A DNA stretch of 62,772 nucleotides, counting the filler, from Candidatus Tectimicrobiota bacterium (GTDB taxonomy: Bacteria > JACPSX01), in NCBI GenBank assembly GCA_016193065.1. It is 9 parts of 9 records of this genome, joined end to end, with 100 filler letters (N's around TTAATTAATTAA, not from the genome) between each part and the next. Parts side by side here need not be neighbours in the genome. Positions count along the whole stretch, not along the records: positions 30,383 to 36,737 come from JACPSX010000012.1; positions 36,838 to 40,992 come from JACPSX010000274.1; positions 41,093 to 45,710 come from JACPSX010000275.1; 6 more parts are not named here. One strand, 5' to 3'. The number at the start of each line of letters is the position of its first letter. The stretch's first letter is position 1. The position numbers were made by a program, and so were the translations under genes. Shown here in pieces: positions 33,416 through 42,600 of this stretch. The notes under the pieces were generated by a model. The model did no database searches. It saw only the letters and a list, made by a program, of their open reading frames with translations, and was not told the DNA's origin.

Positions 33416-34297
33416 ATGCCCCGAATTCTGATTACCGGTGCCAGAGGAATGCTGGGGAGTGCACTGGTCCGTTTTCTCCAGAAGAAAAAAAAGGAGAAAA
33501 TTGAGCTTTTCCCCTGCGACCTTGAGGATCTGGATGTAACCAACCCGGGGGGCGTCAGATCCGGAATTGGAGACATCAAACCCCATATAGTCATTCATGC
33601 GGCCGCCTTCACAGACGTGGACGGCTGTGAGGTGGATGAAAAAAAAGCAATGTCGGTGAATGCCGAGGGGACAAAAAGCGTGGCGCAAGCCTGCGCGGAA
33701 GTGGGGGCCCGGCTGATCTACATAAGCACGGATTTTGTATTCGATGGTACAAAGCGCTCGCCATACAGCGAGGCGGATTCTCCGAATCCGGTTAATGTTT
33801 ATGGTCAATCCAAGCTGCGCGGTGAGGAATACGTATCAGGAATTCTGCTCGACTTTTTGATCGTTCGAACGTCGTGGCTTTTCGGTCCGGGAGGCAGGAA
33901 TTTTGTGGATACGATCCGCTGCCTGGCGGATAGCCGGAAGACTCTTTCCGTGGTCACGGATCAGGTCGGCAGTCCGACTTTTTCTGAAGATCTGACGGAG
34001 GCGCTCTGGCTTCTCGCGGATTCCGAAGCGGGGGGAATCGTTCATGTGAGCAATGAAGGTGCCTGCTCACGTTATGAATGGGCGAGAAAAATCGTGGAAT
34101 TTTCAGAGAAAAATCCTGCGATGGTTCGTCCGTCCACTTCACAAGAGGTGATCAGACCCGCGCGACGACCAAGTTACTCGGTTCTAAATTCGTCACGGTT
34201 CAAGGAAATTACCGGTCGTTCGTTAAGGCCCTGGGTTGATGCGGTGGAAGCTTACCTTTCCTCATCCCTCTCCCCTGGCGGGAGAGGGCAAGGGTGA
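33416..34297 (+). CDS. rmlD: dTDP-4-dehydrorhamnose reductase
   Basis: TGARGMLG, AAFTDVDGCE, STDFVFDG, YGQSK and DQVGSPT. Confidence 0.95.
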   Translation: MPRILITGARGMLGSALVRFLQKKKKEKIELFPCDLEDLDVTNPGGVRSGIGDIKPHIVIHAAAFTDVDGCEVDEKKAMSVNAEGTKSVAQACAEVGARLIYISTDFVFDGTKRSPYSEADSPNPVNVYGQSKLRGEEYVSGILLDFLIVRTSWLFGPGGRNFVDTIRCLADSRKTLSVVTDQVGSPTFSEDLTEALWLLADSEAGGIVHVSNEGACSRYEWARKIVEFSEKNPAMVRPSTSQEVIRPARRPSYSVLNSSRFKEITGRSLRPWVDAVEAYLSSSLSPGGRGQG

Positions 34298-34302
34298 GGG
34301 GG
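34266..34302. repeat. REP-like hairpin supplying the rmlD C-terminus and stop
   Basis: CCCTCTCCC-ctggc-GGGAGAGGGCAAGGGTGAGGGG. Confidence 0.65.
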
Positions 34303-34350
34303 ACTTCTTGCGCGGTGGTTTGCACTCATTGTAGCGGAGAGCTGTAAGCG

Positions 34351-34851
34351 ATGATCCCTGAGTGGTATGCGGTGCGCACCATGAGCCGGCATGAGCAGCG
34401 GGTCACTGACAGACTTACGAGCAAGGCTTTCCAGGTCTTTTACCCGACGCTGGAGGTCTGGAGTCAGTGGAAGGACCGCAAAACGAAGGTCCGGAAGCCC
34501 TTGTTTCCAGGCTATCTGTTCATCCAGTTCGAACTGACCCGGGAGGCCTGGATCGAGGTTTTGAAAACTCCGGGGGTGGCCAACATCCTGGGCTATACCG
34601 ATGAACCGACACCGGTGCCTGAGGAGCAGATTCACTCCGTGCAGACGGTTTTGACGGCAGGGGTTCCCGTCAGACCCCATCCCTACTTGAACGTGGGGGA
34701 TAAGGTCATCGTGATTGAGGGTCCCCTCAAGGGGGCGATTGGGATCTTCACCGGTTTTGATCACAAGAAGGGGAAGCTGATCATCTCGGTGGATCTGTTG
34801 TGCCGCTCCATCGAGGTAGAACTGGAAACCCGCGAGGTAGAGAAGTTTTAG
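34351..34851 (+). CDS. NusG paralogue, UpxY/RfaH-like antiterminator of a polysaccharide operon
   Basis: WYAVRT, WSQWKDRK...PLFPGYLF and KOW GDKVIVIEGPLKG. Confidence 0.9.
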   Translation: MIPEWYAVRTMSRHEQRVTDRLTSKAFQVFYPTLEVWSQWKDRKTKVRKPLFPGYLFIQFELTREAWIEVLKTPGVANILGYTDEPTPVPEEQIHSVQTVLTAGVPVRPHPYLNVGDKVIVIEGPLKGAIGIFTGFDHKKGKLIISVDLLCRSIEVELETREVEKF

Positions 34852-34971
34852 GGCGGCCGCGGTGGGAATTCGAGGTGGGTCCCTTTCAGCTAAGGGGTAG
34901 GTGGCCGCTGTCTTTCCTCCTGTGACTGACGGGGCGAAGCTGTCTTTATGGATAATAGAAGGCGGAAACTG

Positions 34972-35940
34972 ATGACGATCCAGGGCAAGCGCATTTTCCT
35001 AACTGGGGGAGCGGGCTTTATCGGCTCGACTCTGGCAGGCCGTCTCTTGGAGGACAACGAAGTTGTTATCTATGACAGCTTCGAGCGGGATGCTTTGAGC
35101 GCAAGGGAATTCTCCCATCATAAGAACCTGCGGCGGATCCGGGGTGACATTCTGGACCATGCGGGCATTCAGTCGGCGATGGAAGGAGCCAACATCGTAG
35201 TCCATCTTGCAGCCATCGCCGGGGTGGATACAGTAATCAAGAGTCCAACCTCCACAATGCGGGTGAATCTCCTGGGGACCTATAACGTACTTCAAGCCGC
35301 GCTGGGTCTAACGAACTGTGAGCGGGTCGTGACGTTCTCCACTAGCGAGGTGTTCGGTACCTACGCTTACCGTGTCAGCGAGGATGACACTGTGAATACC
35401 GGAGCGGTCGGAGAGGCTCGCTGGACGTATGCGGTCAGCAAACTGGCCGGAGAGCATATGAGCTACGCCTATTTCAAGGAATTTGCTCTGCCCACGGTCA
35501 TCGTGCGTCCGTTCAACGTTTACGGACCCGGTCAGGTCGGCGAAGGCGCGATTCACGTTTTCGTCCAGCGATCTCTCTCCGGCCAGGATCTCTTGATCCA
35601 TGGGGACGGTGACCAGATTCGATCCTGGACTTACATCGACGATATGGTGGATGGCATCCTGCTGGTGATGGGGCGACCAGAAGCCGTCGGGCAGTCTTTC
35701 AACCTCGGCAACCCACGAGGTACGGTGACGGTCAACGGCTTGGCGGAGCTCATCCTGGCCGTGACCGGCTCTTCTTCGAAGATCGCGTATGTCCCAAGAC
35801 AAGCAGCCGATGTCGAGCTGCGGATCCCCAGCATAGAAAAAGCCCGAACGCTCCTCGGCTTTCAACCGATCGTCGGTCTCCGGGAAGGAATCGAGCGAAC
35901 GGTGGCATGGTATCGGATCCTCAGGAACAACGACCGGTAG
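34972..35940 (+). CDS. NAD-dependent nucleotide-sugar epimerase/dehydratase
   Basis: TGGAGFIG, STSEVFG, YAVSK and RPFNVYGP. Confidence 0.9.
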   Translation: MTIQGKRIFLTGGAGFIGSTLAGRLLEDNEVVIYDSFERDALSAREFSHHKNLRRIRGDILDHAGIQSAMEGANIVVHLAAIAGVDTVIKSPTSTMRVNLLGTYNVLQAALGLTNCERVVTFSTSEVFGTYAYRVSEDDTVNTGAVGEARWTYAVSKLAGEHMSYAYFKEFALPTVIVRPFNVYGPGQVGEGAIHVFVQRSLSGQDLLIHGDGDQIRSWTYIDDMVDGILLVMGRPEAVGQSFNLGNPRGTVTVNGLAELILAVTGSSSKIAYVPRQAADVELRIPSIEKARTLLGFQPIVGLREGIERTVAWYRILRNNDR

Positions 35941-36737
35941 TAACTCGAATCGTCCGGCCTTCCGTCGGAAAAGAAGAAGCGGAGGCGATCGGGGAAGTGC
36001 TGGCCTCCGGGTTCCTTACCCAAGGTGCGGCCGTGGCGCGGTTCGAGGAACTTCTGGCGAGAGTAACCGGGGCGCCGTATGTAGTGGCGGTGAGTTCGGG
36101 AACCGCTGCTCTACACTTGGCGCTTTTGGCATTGGGAATCGGACCAGAGGACGAGGTCATCACGAGCGATTTTACCTTTCCCGCCACGGTAAACACGATT
36201 GAGCTTGTTGGGGCGAAGCCGGTTCTCTTGGATATTGATCTGGTCACCTACAACATGGAGGCAGATCAGCTGGAGAGCGCAATCACCCCGCGGACGAAGG
36301 CGGTCCTGGCGGTCCATGAGTTTGGGCTCATGGCGGACATGGAGACCATCGGGCAAGTGGCGGGCCGGTGGAGCCTTCCCGTCATTGAAGATGCGGCCTG
36401 TGCACTGGGGGCGAGCCAGCAGGTCCGGGGCCAGCCGGTCGTTGCAGGCTCGGCAGGAAAAGTGGGTTGCTTCAGCTTTCATCCACGCAAGTCCATTACT
36501 ACCGGCGAAGGAGGCTGCCTGACCACTGCGGATGAGGAACTGGCTCGGTGTCTCCGTGCACTGCGCAATCACGGACTGGAGAGTGCCGGAGGACAAGTCA
36601 ATCTGACGCTCCCGGGGCTGAACTATCGTCTCACAGAACTGCAAGCAGCCATGGGCGCCGTGCAGTTAAAAAAACTCGATTGGGCATTGTCCGAGCGCCG
36701 TCGATTGGCAGCTTGTTACAATGAGCGATTAGCATCT
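35907..36737 (+). CDS. DegT/DnrJ/EryC1/StrS sugar aminotransferase (3' truncated)
   Basis: SSGTAALHLAL, IEDAACALG and SFHPRKSITTGEGG. Confidence 0.93.
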
Positions 36738-36837
36738 NNNNNNNNNNNNNNNNNNNNNNNNNNNNNNNNNNNNNNNNNNNNTTAATTAATTAANNNNNNN
36801 NNNNNNNNNNNNNNNNNNNNNNNNNNNNNNNNNNNNN
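36738..36837. other. Artificial contig spacer
   Basis: N run with TTAATTAATTAA. Confidence 0.98.
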
Positions 36838-37959
36838 ATCCCAGTTGAACGGATCGATATCCTCATCGACCAAAATCACGGTCTTGAGCATGCGCCCGGC
36901 CCACGTTCCCAGGATCGCCAGGCCCATCATCTTCCCATATCCCTCGCAGGGCTTCTCGATGGACACAATGGCGTTGAACCCGGACTGGTTCACGTTAATT
37001 TGCTTGAGGCCGGGCAGTGGCACACTGTTGGCCACCCCTGCGGCGATCGAAAAGCTGTAAATCAGGTTCGTCTCCTGCGGCGGCCGCCCGCAGTAAGCTC
37101 CCTGGAGGATCAGATCGTTCCGGAACGTGATGGCCTTGATGCGGATGACCGTCCGTTGCCCCTTGGGACCGTAAAACCCGGTAAATTCTCCGAAGGGCCC
37201 CTCCTCCGCAGTCTCGCCGCGATGGATTTCCCCTTCCAGGACAATCTCCGCGTGGGCGGGAACTTCCAGAGGGACCGTCTCACAGCGCACGAGAGGGACC
37301 GGTTCTCCCCGCAGGGCACCGGCCATGGCCAGCTCATCCACGCCGAAGGCGAAAGGTCCCACGGTGGCCATCGTCACCACCGGATCCAGGCCCACCGCAA
37401 TCGCCACCGGGAACGGCCCGCTCACTTTCCTCCTCTGCATGGTGAGATGGCGATAAGAGGCCGCCAGAACCCCCAGGGTCCGTTTCCCCTGCACTTGCAG
37501 GCGGTACATGGCCGAGTTGCGAATCCCCGTTTCCGGATCTCTACTGATGATGCTGGGCAGATCAATGTAGGGTCCGCCGTCAAGCTCATTCAAGGTGGGA
37601 ATCGGAAAGCGACCGAGGTCCACATCGGACCCCAGGAGCACGTTTTCCTTGCAGGGACCCGTGGAAACCAACGTGGGCTCAATCGGATGTTTGGTGCGCT
37701 CGTTCCAGACGCGCAACAGCGCATCGGGCTCGCATCCCAAAGCAAGACCGAGGCGCTCCTTCGTCCCCAGCACGTTCATAACCACCGGATTCGAATAGCC
37801 ACGGGGTCGCTCAAAAAAGAGGGCCGGCCCATAGGCGTCGCTCACCTTCCTGCAAATGGCTCCGATCTCATACCGGACATCCACTTCCGCACTGACTCGG
37901 ACTAACTCTTGCTGTTTTTCCAGCTCGTCGAGAAAGTCCCTCAGGTCCGCAAATGGCAT
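36838..37959 (-). CDS. UbiD-family (de)carboxylase (3' truncated)
   Basis: FADLRDFL, EEGPFGEFTG and VDEDID; GGAGG RBS before ATG 37959. Confidence 0.92.
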
Positions 37960-38026
37960 AGCAGCCTCCTTTATAAAAGCCCCAACTTGACGAACTTCAG
38001 AATCCGTGATAAAAAACCCTGAATAT

Positions 38027-38061
38027 GTTCGAACTGCGAACGAAAATTTCAGTATGCGAAC
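38027..38061. promoter_or_regulatory. Putative IclR-family operator sites
   Basis: GTTCG-AACTG-CGAAC palindrome plus the related TTTCAGTATGCGAAC 20 bp further on, between divergent ubiD-like and iclR genes. Confidence 0.55.
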
Positions 38062-38088
38062 TTTAACTTTTGGTTCGCGAGGTTGTAA

Positions 38089-38970
38089 ATGAAAAGAACG
38101 CTTCATTTACCTAAATCATTTGCATCATATGCATTAACTAAGGCTGGCCGGAGTAAAGCCCCGAGGACTTCCAAAAAGACCGGGCGGAACCACACCCGGT
38201 CGTCTCCCCGTCCGGATAGTTCGGTGACTTCCCTGGAAAAGGCTCTGGACATCCTGTGCAGCTTCAACGAAGAGCGGGGAGATCTGTCGACCACCAAGCT
38301 GAGCGAGATCCTCGGTTATAACCGGACGACGGTTTATCGCTTGTTGTGCGTCCTCGAGCAGCGGGGGATGGTCAGCAAGAACCCGGAAACCAAGGCCTAC
38401 TCCTTGGGGCTTAAGATTCGGGAACTGGCGGCCCTCGACCTCTGGTACGGGGAACTCCGCCACAAGGCCATGCCGTTCCTCAAACAGCTCAGAGATATCA
38501 CGGGAGAAACGGCCGGGTTATACGTCCTCTCGACCCATTACGAGATCATCTGTGTCGAGAGGGCAGAGAGCCTTTCCGACCTGAGGCGAGCAGCCCACGT
38601 GGGTAGCGTTCTCCCCTTTGGCGGAGCCACCAGCAAAGTTCTCCTTCTCTCGTTCCTGGAGAAGGGCGAACCGGAATTGCAGCAGATATATGATAGCCTC
38701 CCAGTACAGAATCGGATCGTGGACTACCCGAGCCTTCTCCGGGAACTCCGCCAGCTTCAAAAGGAGGGGTATTGCTTCTCGGGCGGAAAGGTGCTTCCCG
38801 GAACCATCGGGCTCTCGACCCCCATCCGGCGCCAGGGGAGCATCATTGCGGCCCTGACCGTCTCGGGCCCCTCTAACCGCTTCGACCGGGAGGCAGTGCG
38901 CAAGTTCGCCCCCCTGATCGTGGACACGGCCCGCCAGCTCTCCGAGAGACTGGGTCCCGCCTCCCCGTAG
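38089..38970 (+). CDS. IclR-family transcriptional regulator
   Basis: SLEKALDIL, TTVYRLL, TGETAGL and ALTVSGP; start uncertain. Confidence 0.92.
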   Translation: MKRTLHLPKSFASYALTKAGRSKAPRTSKKTGRNHTRSSPRPDSSVTSLEKALDILCSFNEERGDLSTTKLSEILGYNRTTVYRLLCVLEQRGMVSKNPETKAYSLGLKIRELAALDLWYGELRHKAMPFLKQLRDITGETAGLYVLSTHYEIICVERAESLSDLRRAAHVGSVLPFGGATSKVLLLSFLEKGEPELQQIYDSLPVQNRIVDYPSLLRELRQLQKEGYCFSGGKVLPGTIGLSTPIRRQGSIIAALTVSGPSNRFDREAVRKFAPLIVDTARQLSERLGPASP

Positions 38971-39034
38971 GAGTCCTCCCGCAAAAAAGGCTGAGGAGCA
39001 CCGGGTCGTCCTTGAGAAGCCGGTCCGCCGCGGC

Positions 39035-39304
39035 TTAGGCATCCCGGGTACTGGGGAGCTCACCTACTTCTTTCAGGATCTTGATACCCCACGGTTTGGG
39101 GTACAGGCGACCAACCAAGCCCCTGACCCATAACAGGTCGCTACCAGGTAAAGTGTCGGGGTCGTCAGAGACGACCGCTTTTACGTATCGGGCTTCGTAC
39201 TTGGTCCTGCCCGGTGTTAGGTCCTTGATGAGTGGCTCGATCTCCGTCCCCTGTTTGAGGTTATCTAGGCTGTCCACAAAAGTCAGGTATTCCTTTCCGG
39301 CCAA
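39035..39304 (-). CDS. ppcC: Phenylphosphate carboxylase gamma-subunit-like protein
   Basis: 89 aa; IKDLTPGRTKY...VKAVVS...LWVR pattern recalled from PpcC; directly downstream of a ppcA-like gene. Confidence 0.75.
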   Translation of the reverse strand: MAGKEYLTFVDSLDNLKQGTEIEPLIKDLTPGRTKYEARYVKAVVSDDPDTLPGSDLLWVRGLVGRLYPKPWGIKILKEVGELPSTRDA

Positions 39305-39401
39305 ACTTTGCCCTCCTCCATGTGGCGATCGCCACCCCGTTGCGACAAGTGCTATCCGTTCGGATTCCGTTAAGAGTTCTCTACTGTCCTACAGCCTATG
39401 A

Positions 39402-40823
39402 CTAGAAGCCATACTGCTTCCATTCGGCGATGATCTTTTTCTGAAGAGCCTCGGGATAGGCGTTCTGGAAAGACATCCGGACCGGTATGTCACTCTCTTT
39501 GGTCCATTCCGCTGGCCAGGTGCAATCATATATCCCGGTAGCCAGCCTGCCTTTCGACCTCTCCTCAGGGCTTAGATAGGGCACCAGGGTCCATCCCTGC
39601 TTGTCCGGGTCAGCCGACACCCCTCGAATTGGATGCAGCCTGGTGCCCATGGCATGCATGACCTCATCCAGGTTAAAAACATCCACATCATCGTTCACGA
39701 TGATCACCTTGGGCACTGAAGTCCTGCGGCCGTGGATGACACCGGCAATCTGGGAGACAATTTCGCGGTTGCTCTCCTTGACGCTAACCACTGCCACCAG
39801 CGCCCCCATCTCTGGTGGAATATAAACGTCCACCACCGGCACACCGTATCTTTTCAGGCGGTTCTTGATGCCGATGGCCCCGGCGATTGAAGGGCCGATC
39901 TTCCCATCACTGATGCCCACGCCCTCGGGGCTCAGACATAGGATCGGATTGGACCGGTAGGTTATGGCCTTGATCTTGAATGCAGACCCGGGCGCCCAGC
40001 CCTGCGTGCGGAAGCCGGGAAACTCACCAAACGGCCCCTCCGGAAGCTCGACATCCCGCAGGATCTCGCCTTCCAGGATAATCTCCGCGTGAGCGGGCAC
40101 CAGCAGGTCATTAGTCTCGCATTTCACCAGCTCAATTGGCGACTGGGCCAGGGCTCCAGCGAAATCCGCCTCATCCTCGCCAATCCCGACCGGGGACGCG
40201 GCAACGATGGCACACAAGGGGTCCGCGCCAATCGCAACAGACACGGGCATGGGCTTGCCGGCCTGTTTGTATTTCTCCTGGATCAGGCCAAAGTGGCTGT
40301 ATGGTTTCAAATAACCGGTGATCAGCCGCCGGTTAAAGACCATCAGCCGGTACATGCCCCAGTTCGTCCAGCCCGTTTCGGGATCCTGGTTGATAACACA
40401 GTGCCAGGTTCCGATGTACCTCCCTCCATCGCCCTCGTGCACGGTGGGGATGGGGAAACGGTACAGGTCCACGTCATCTCCAAAGAGCTTGTTCTCCTTG
40501 CAAGAAGCGGCCTTGACAGCAACAGGCTTAACCGGCCGTGATAGCCGGCGCTCGAACTCCTGAAAGACTTCCCTCATCGGGGTGTCGGGGCCCAGCCCCA
40601 TGGCGATAGCCAGCCTCCGATAGGTGGCCACCGGAGCGCCGAGTATTCGTCCACCCTCGGGATAGTCCTTCAGCCGCTCGAACAGACACGCGGGCCCTTT
40701 CATCTCACAACTTCGCCCGGTGACGGCCGCGGCCTCGAGGTCCCAATCAACCTCACGGCTTACGCGTACGGCATCACCGGTTTTTTGCAGCGCTCCGACG
40801 AAATCCCTGTTATCCTTAAACAC
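39402..40823 (-). CDS. ppcA: UbiD-family phenylphosphate carboxylase alpha-subunit-like protein
   Basis: DNRDF..GDAVR..EVDWD, TYRRLAIAMG, HEGDGGRYIGTWH, NWGMYR and EGPFGE, resembling PpcA. Confidence 0.75.
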   Translation of the reverse strand: MFKDNRDFVGALQKTGDAVRVSREVDWDLEAAAVTGRSCEMKGPACLFERLKDYPEGGRILGAPVATYRRLAIAMGLGPDTPMREVFQEFERRLSRPVKPVAVKAASCKENKLFGDDVDLYRFPIPTVHEGDGGRYIGTWHCVINQDPETGWTNWGMYRLMVFNRRLITGYLKPYSHFGLIQEKYKQAGKPMPVSVAIGADPLCAIVAASPVGIGEDEADFAGALAQSPIELVKCETNDLLVPAHAEIILEGEILRDVELPEGPFGEFPGFRTQGWAPGSAFKIKAITYRSNPILCLSPEGVGISDGKIGPSIAGAIGIKNRLKRYGVPVVDVYIPPEMGALVAVVSVKESNREIVSQIAGVIHGRRTSVPKVIIVNDDVDVFNLDEVMHAMGTRLHPIRGVSADPDKQGWTLVPYLSPEERSKGRLATGIYDCTWPAEWTKESDIPVRMSFQNAYPEALQKKIIAEWKQYGF

Positions 40824-40833
40824 CGTGCCTCCC

Positions 40834-40992
40834 TCACGAAGTAATCTTCCCGGCTACGTTCAGCGCCCGAAAGGTTGCCGTATTGGAGCTGTTCCTCAAC
40901 TTCTCCAGCACCACTCCCGCCAGCGCTTTCTTGTCAACCTTCTGCTCGGCTACCAGAGGCAGCGTCTCGACGATCACCAACAGCTCAGGAAG
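40834..40992 (-). CDS. AMP-binding (acyl/aryl-CoA ligase) C-terminal fragment; not in ORF track
   Basis: LPELLVIVETLPLVAEQKVDKKAL matches the A10 lysine region. Confidence 0.7.
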   Translation of the reverse strand, partial: LPELLVIVETLPLVAEQKVDKKALAGVVLEKLRNSSNTATFRALNVAGKITS

Positions 40993-41092
40993 NNNNNNNN
41001 NNNNNNNNNNNNNNNNNNNNNNNNNNNNNNNNNNNNTTAATTAATTAANNNNNNNNNNNNNNNNNNNNNNNNNNNNNNNNNNNNNNNNNNNN
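40993..41092. other. Artificial contig spacer
   Basis: N run with TTAATTAATTAA. Confidence 0.98.
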
Positions 41093-42312
41093 CCCGGTCC
41101 CATGATCGAATCATTGGACCTGGCCTCGCCAGATTCAAGAGAGATCTGCAGCTTGACCAGACCCGTCATCTTCGCCAGGCGCTCTGCGGCCTTGCTCTGG
41201 ATGCGGGTCCCGTTCGTCATGAGCTGGAAAGAGTAGCCCGCCCTGTCAAGAGTTTCGAGAAAGTCGAAGAGCTCCGGGTGCAGCGTCGGCTCGCCCCCGG
41301 TGAAGAGGAAATGGGGTTTGGCGCCCACGTCATTCACCTGGGCCAGAACCCCGGCCAGTTCTCCCCCGGAGAGACGGTACGGATTACGGGTCATCGGGGA
41401 GGCCGCGTAAAGGCAGTGGGTACACGCCAGGTTGCAGGTCTCGGGCGCCACCGGGAAGACCCAGAGCTCCCGCAAAGCCTGGGCGGCGTTTTCGCGAGCC
41501 AGGCGGGTGTGCTGGGTTCTCTGCAGTGGAGCCCGCAAACTTGCCGCGGACTTGCGGGCACTCAAGGTGACGACATAGACCTCCGGGTTACGGGTCCGCC
41601 TGTTTTCGGAAGTTTCCAGAACCTCGATCCCGGTAAATCCAGCCTCAATGAATTGAATCAGAAAAGACTTTTCTGACAAGGCGCCCGCAATTCACTTGAA
41701 CCAGTCCTCCTCATGAAACCGTTCCTCCAGGCTTGGTTCGCGCTGCAGGACGATTTCGGAGCACAGGACGCGACCCCGGGGCTTCAGGACCCGGTGGACT
41801 TCTTCCAGAATCCTCTCTTTCTCCGGTGAAAGGTTGAAGATCCCGTTGCTGACGACCCAGTCCACCGAGCTATCCGGCAAGGGGAGTTCCTCGGCCAGGG
41901 CCTGAACGCAGCGGACATTGGGGAGTCCAAGTCGCCCCAGCCCTGTGACCGCCTTGCGGACCATCGCCAGGGACAGGTCGATGCCGATCACCTTTCCGGA
42001 AGGCCCCACCTTGCGCGCTAATAAGGCGGTATCCAATCCCCCTCCTGCGCCCAGTTCCAGGATGACCTCTCCCGGCGCAAATTCGCCGCAACGGGCCAGG
42101 TAGGAAGAGACTCCGGTGAAGGATTCCGCCAGCATCTCGGGGAAACTTTCAATCTCCCCGGCGGCATAACCTAAATCGAGGGCGTATTGCTTCCCCACCC
42201 TGAACTTATATTTTGAGGTGGAATTGAGCGCCACTTCGGAATACTTGCCGCGCACAAGCTCCCGAATTTCGCCGGACGAAAGCTCCCCGATCATCTTGAT
42301 GGCTGCTTCCAT
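41093..42312 (-). CDS. ArsM-like methyltransferase / radical SAM fusion, predicted selenoprotein (Sec207; 3' truncated)
   Basis: In-frame TGA 41692-41694 reads DWFK-U-IAGAL. Upstream: ILELGAGGG and VVSNGIFNL. Downstream: AGF..IEV..LSARK completes the MTase, then CNLACTHC, FTGGEP and MTNG. GGGAGG RBS before ATG 42312. Confidence 0.85.
41649..41694 (-). promoter_or_regulatory. Bacterial SECIS-like hairpin
   Basis: UCAGAAAA-GUC-UUUUCUGA stem-loop with the loop 23 nt after the UGA; UGAAUUG can pair with downstream CAAUUCA. Confidence 0.75.
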
Positions 42313-42504
42313 GGCACCCCTCCCTCGGGACTCAATGGGATGGTAATTCTCCCAGGGATGATCCAGTTCAAACTGGAGTCGCGGGATAAGAATTGAAGTT
42401 TGAGCAATAGTATACCTCCTGGCCTCAGACCCTGTCGACCCGAATTGCCTGCGCAAAGCACATGCTGTAGGGAATTCAGCTTTAGTGCAAGTTAAAAGTC
42501 CCAT

Positions 42505-42543
42505 GTAAAGCATGCGTAAAGCCCTGGTAAAGATTTTGTAAAG
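42505..42543 (-). promoter_or_regulatory. Four phased direct repeats, putative OmpR-family binding site
   Basis: GTAAAG (+ strand) at 42505, 42516, 42527 and 42538, an exact 11-bp period. Confidence 0.75.
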
Positions 42544-42600
42544 ATGGCGGGCAAGAAAGAGGGGCAACAAAGTGGATCGGGGGCGGCGTTTTTCAGCAGC

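Noticed and set aside
42313-42570. N-terminal extension of the methyltransferase ORF, or a small upstream ORF after AGGAGGT
   Set aside because: The extension crosses the regulatory repeats and a good RBS precedes ATG 42312; the small ORF has no support beyond the RBS-like sequence
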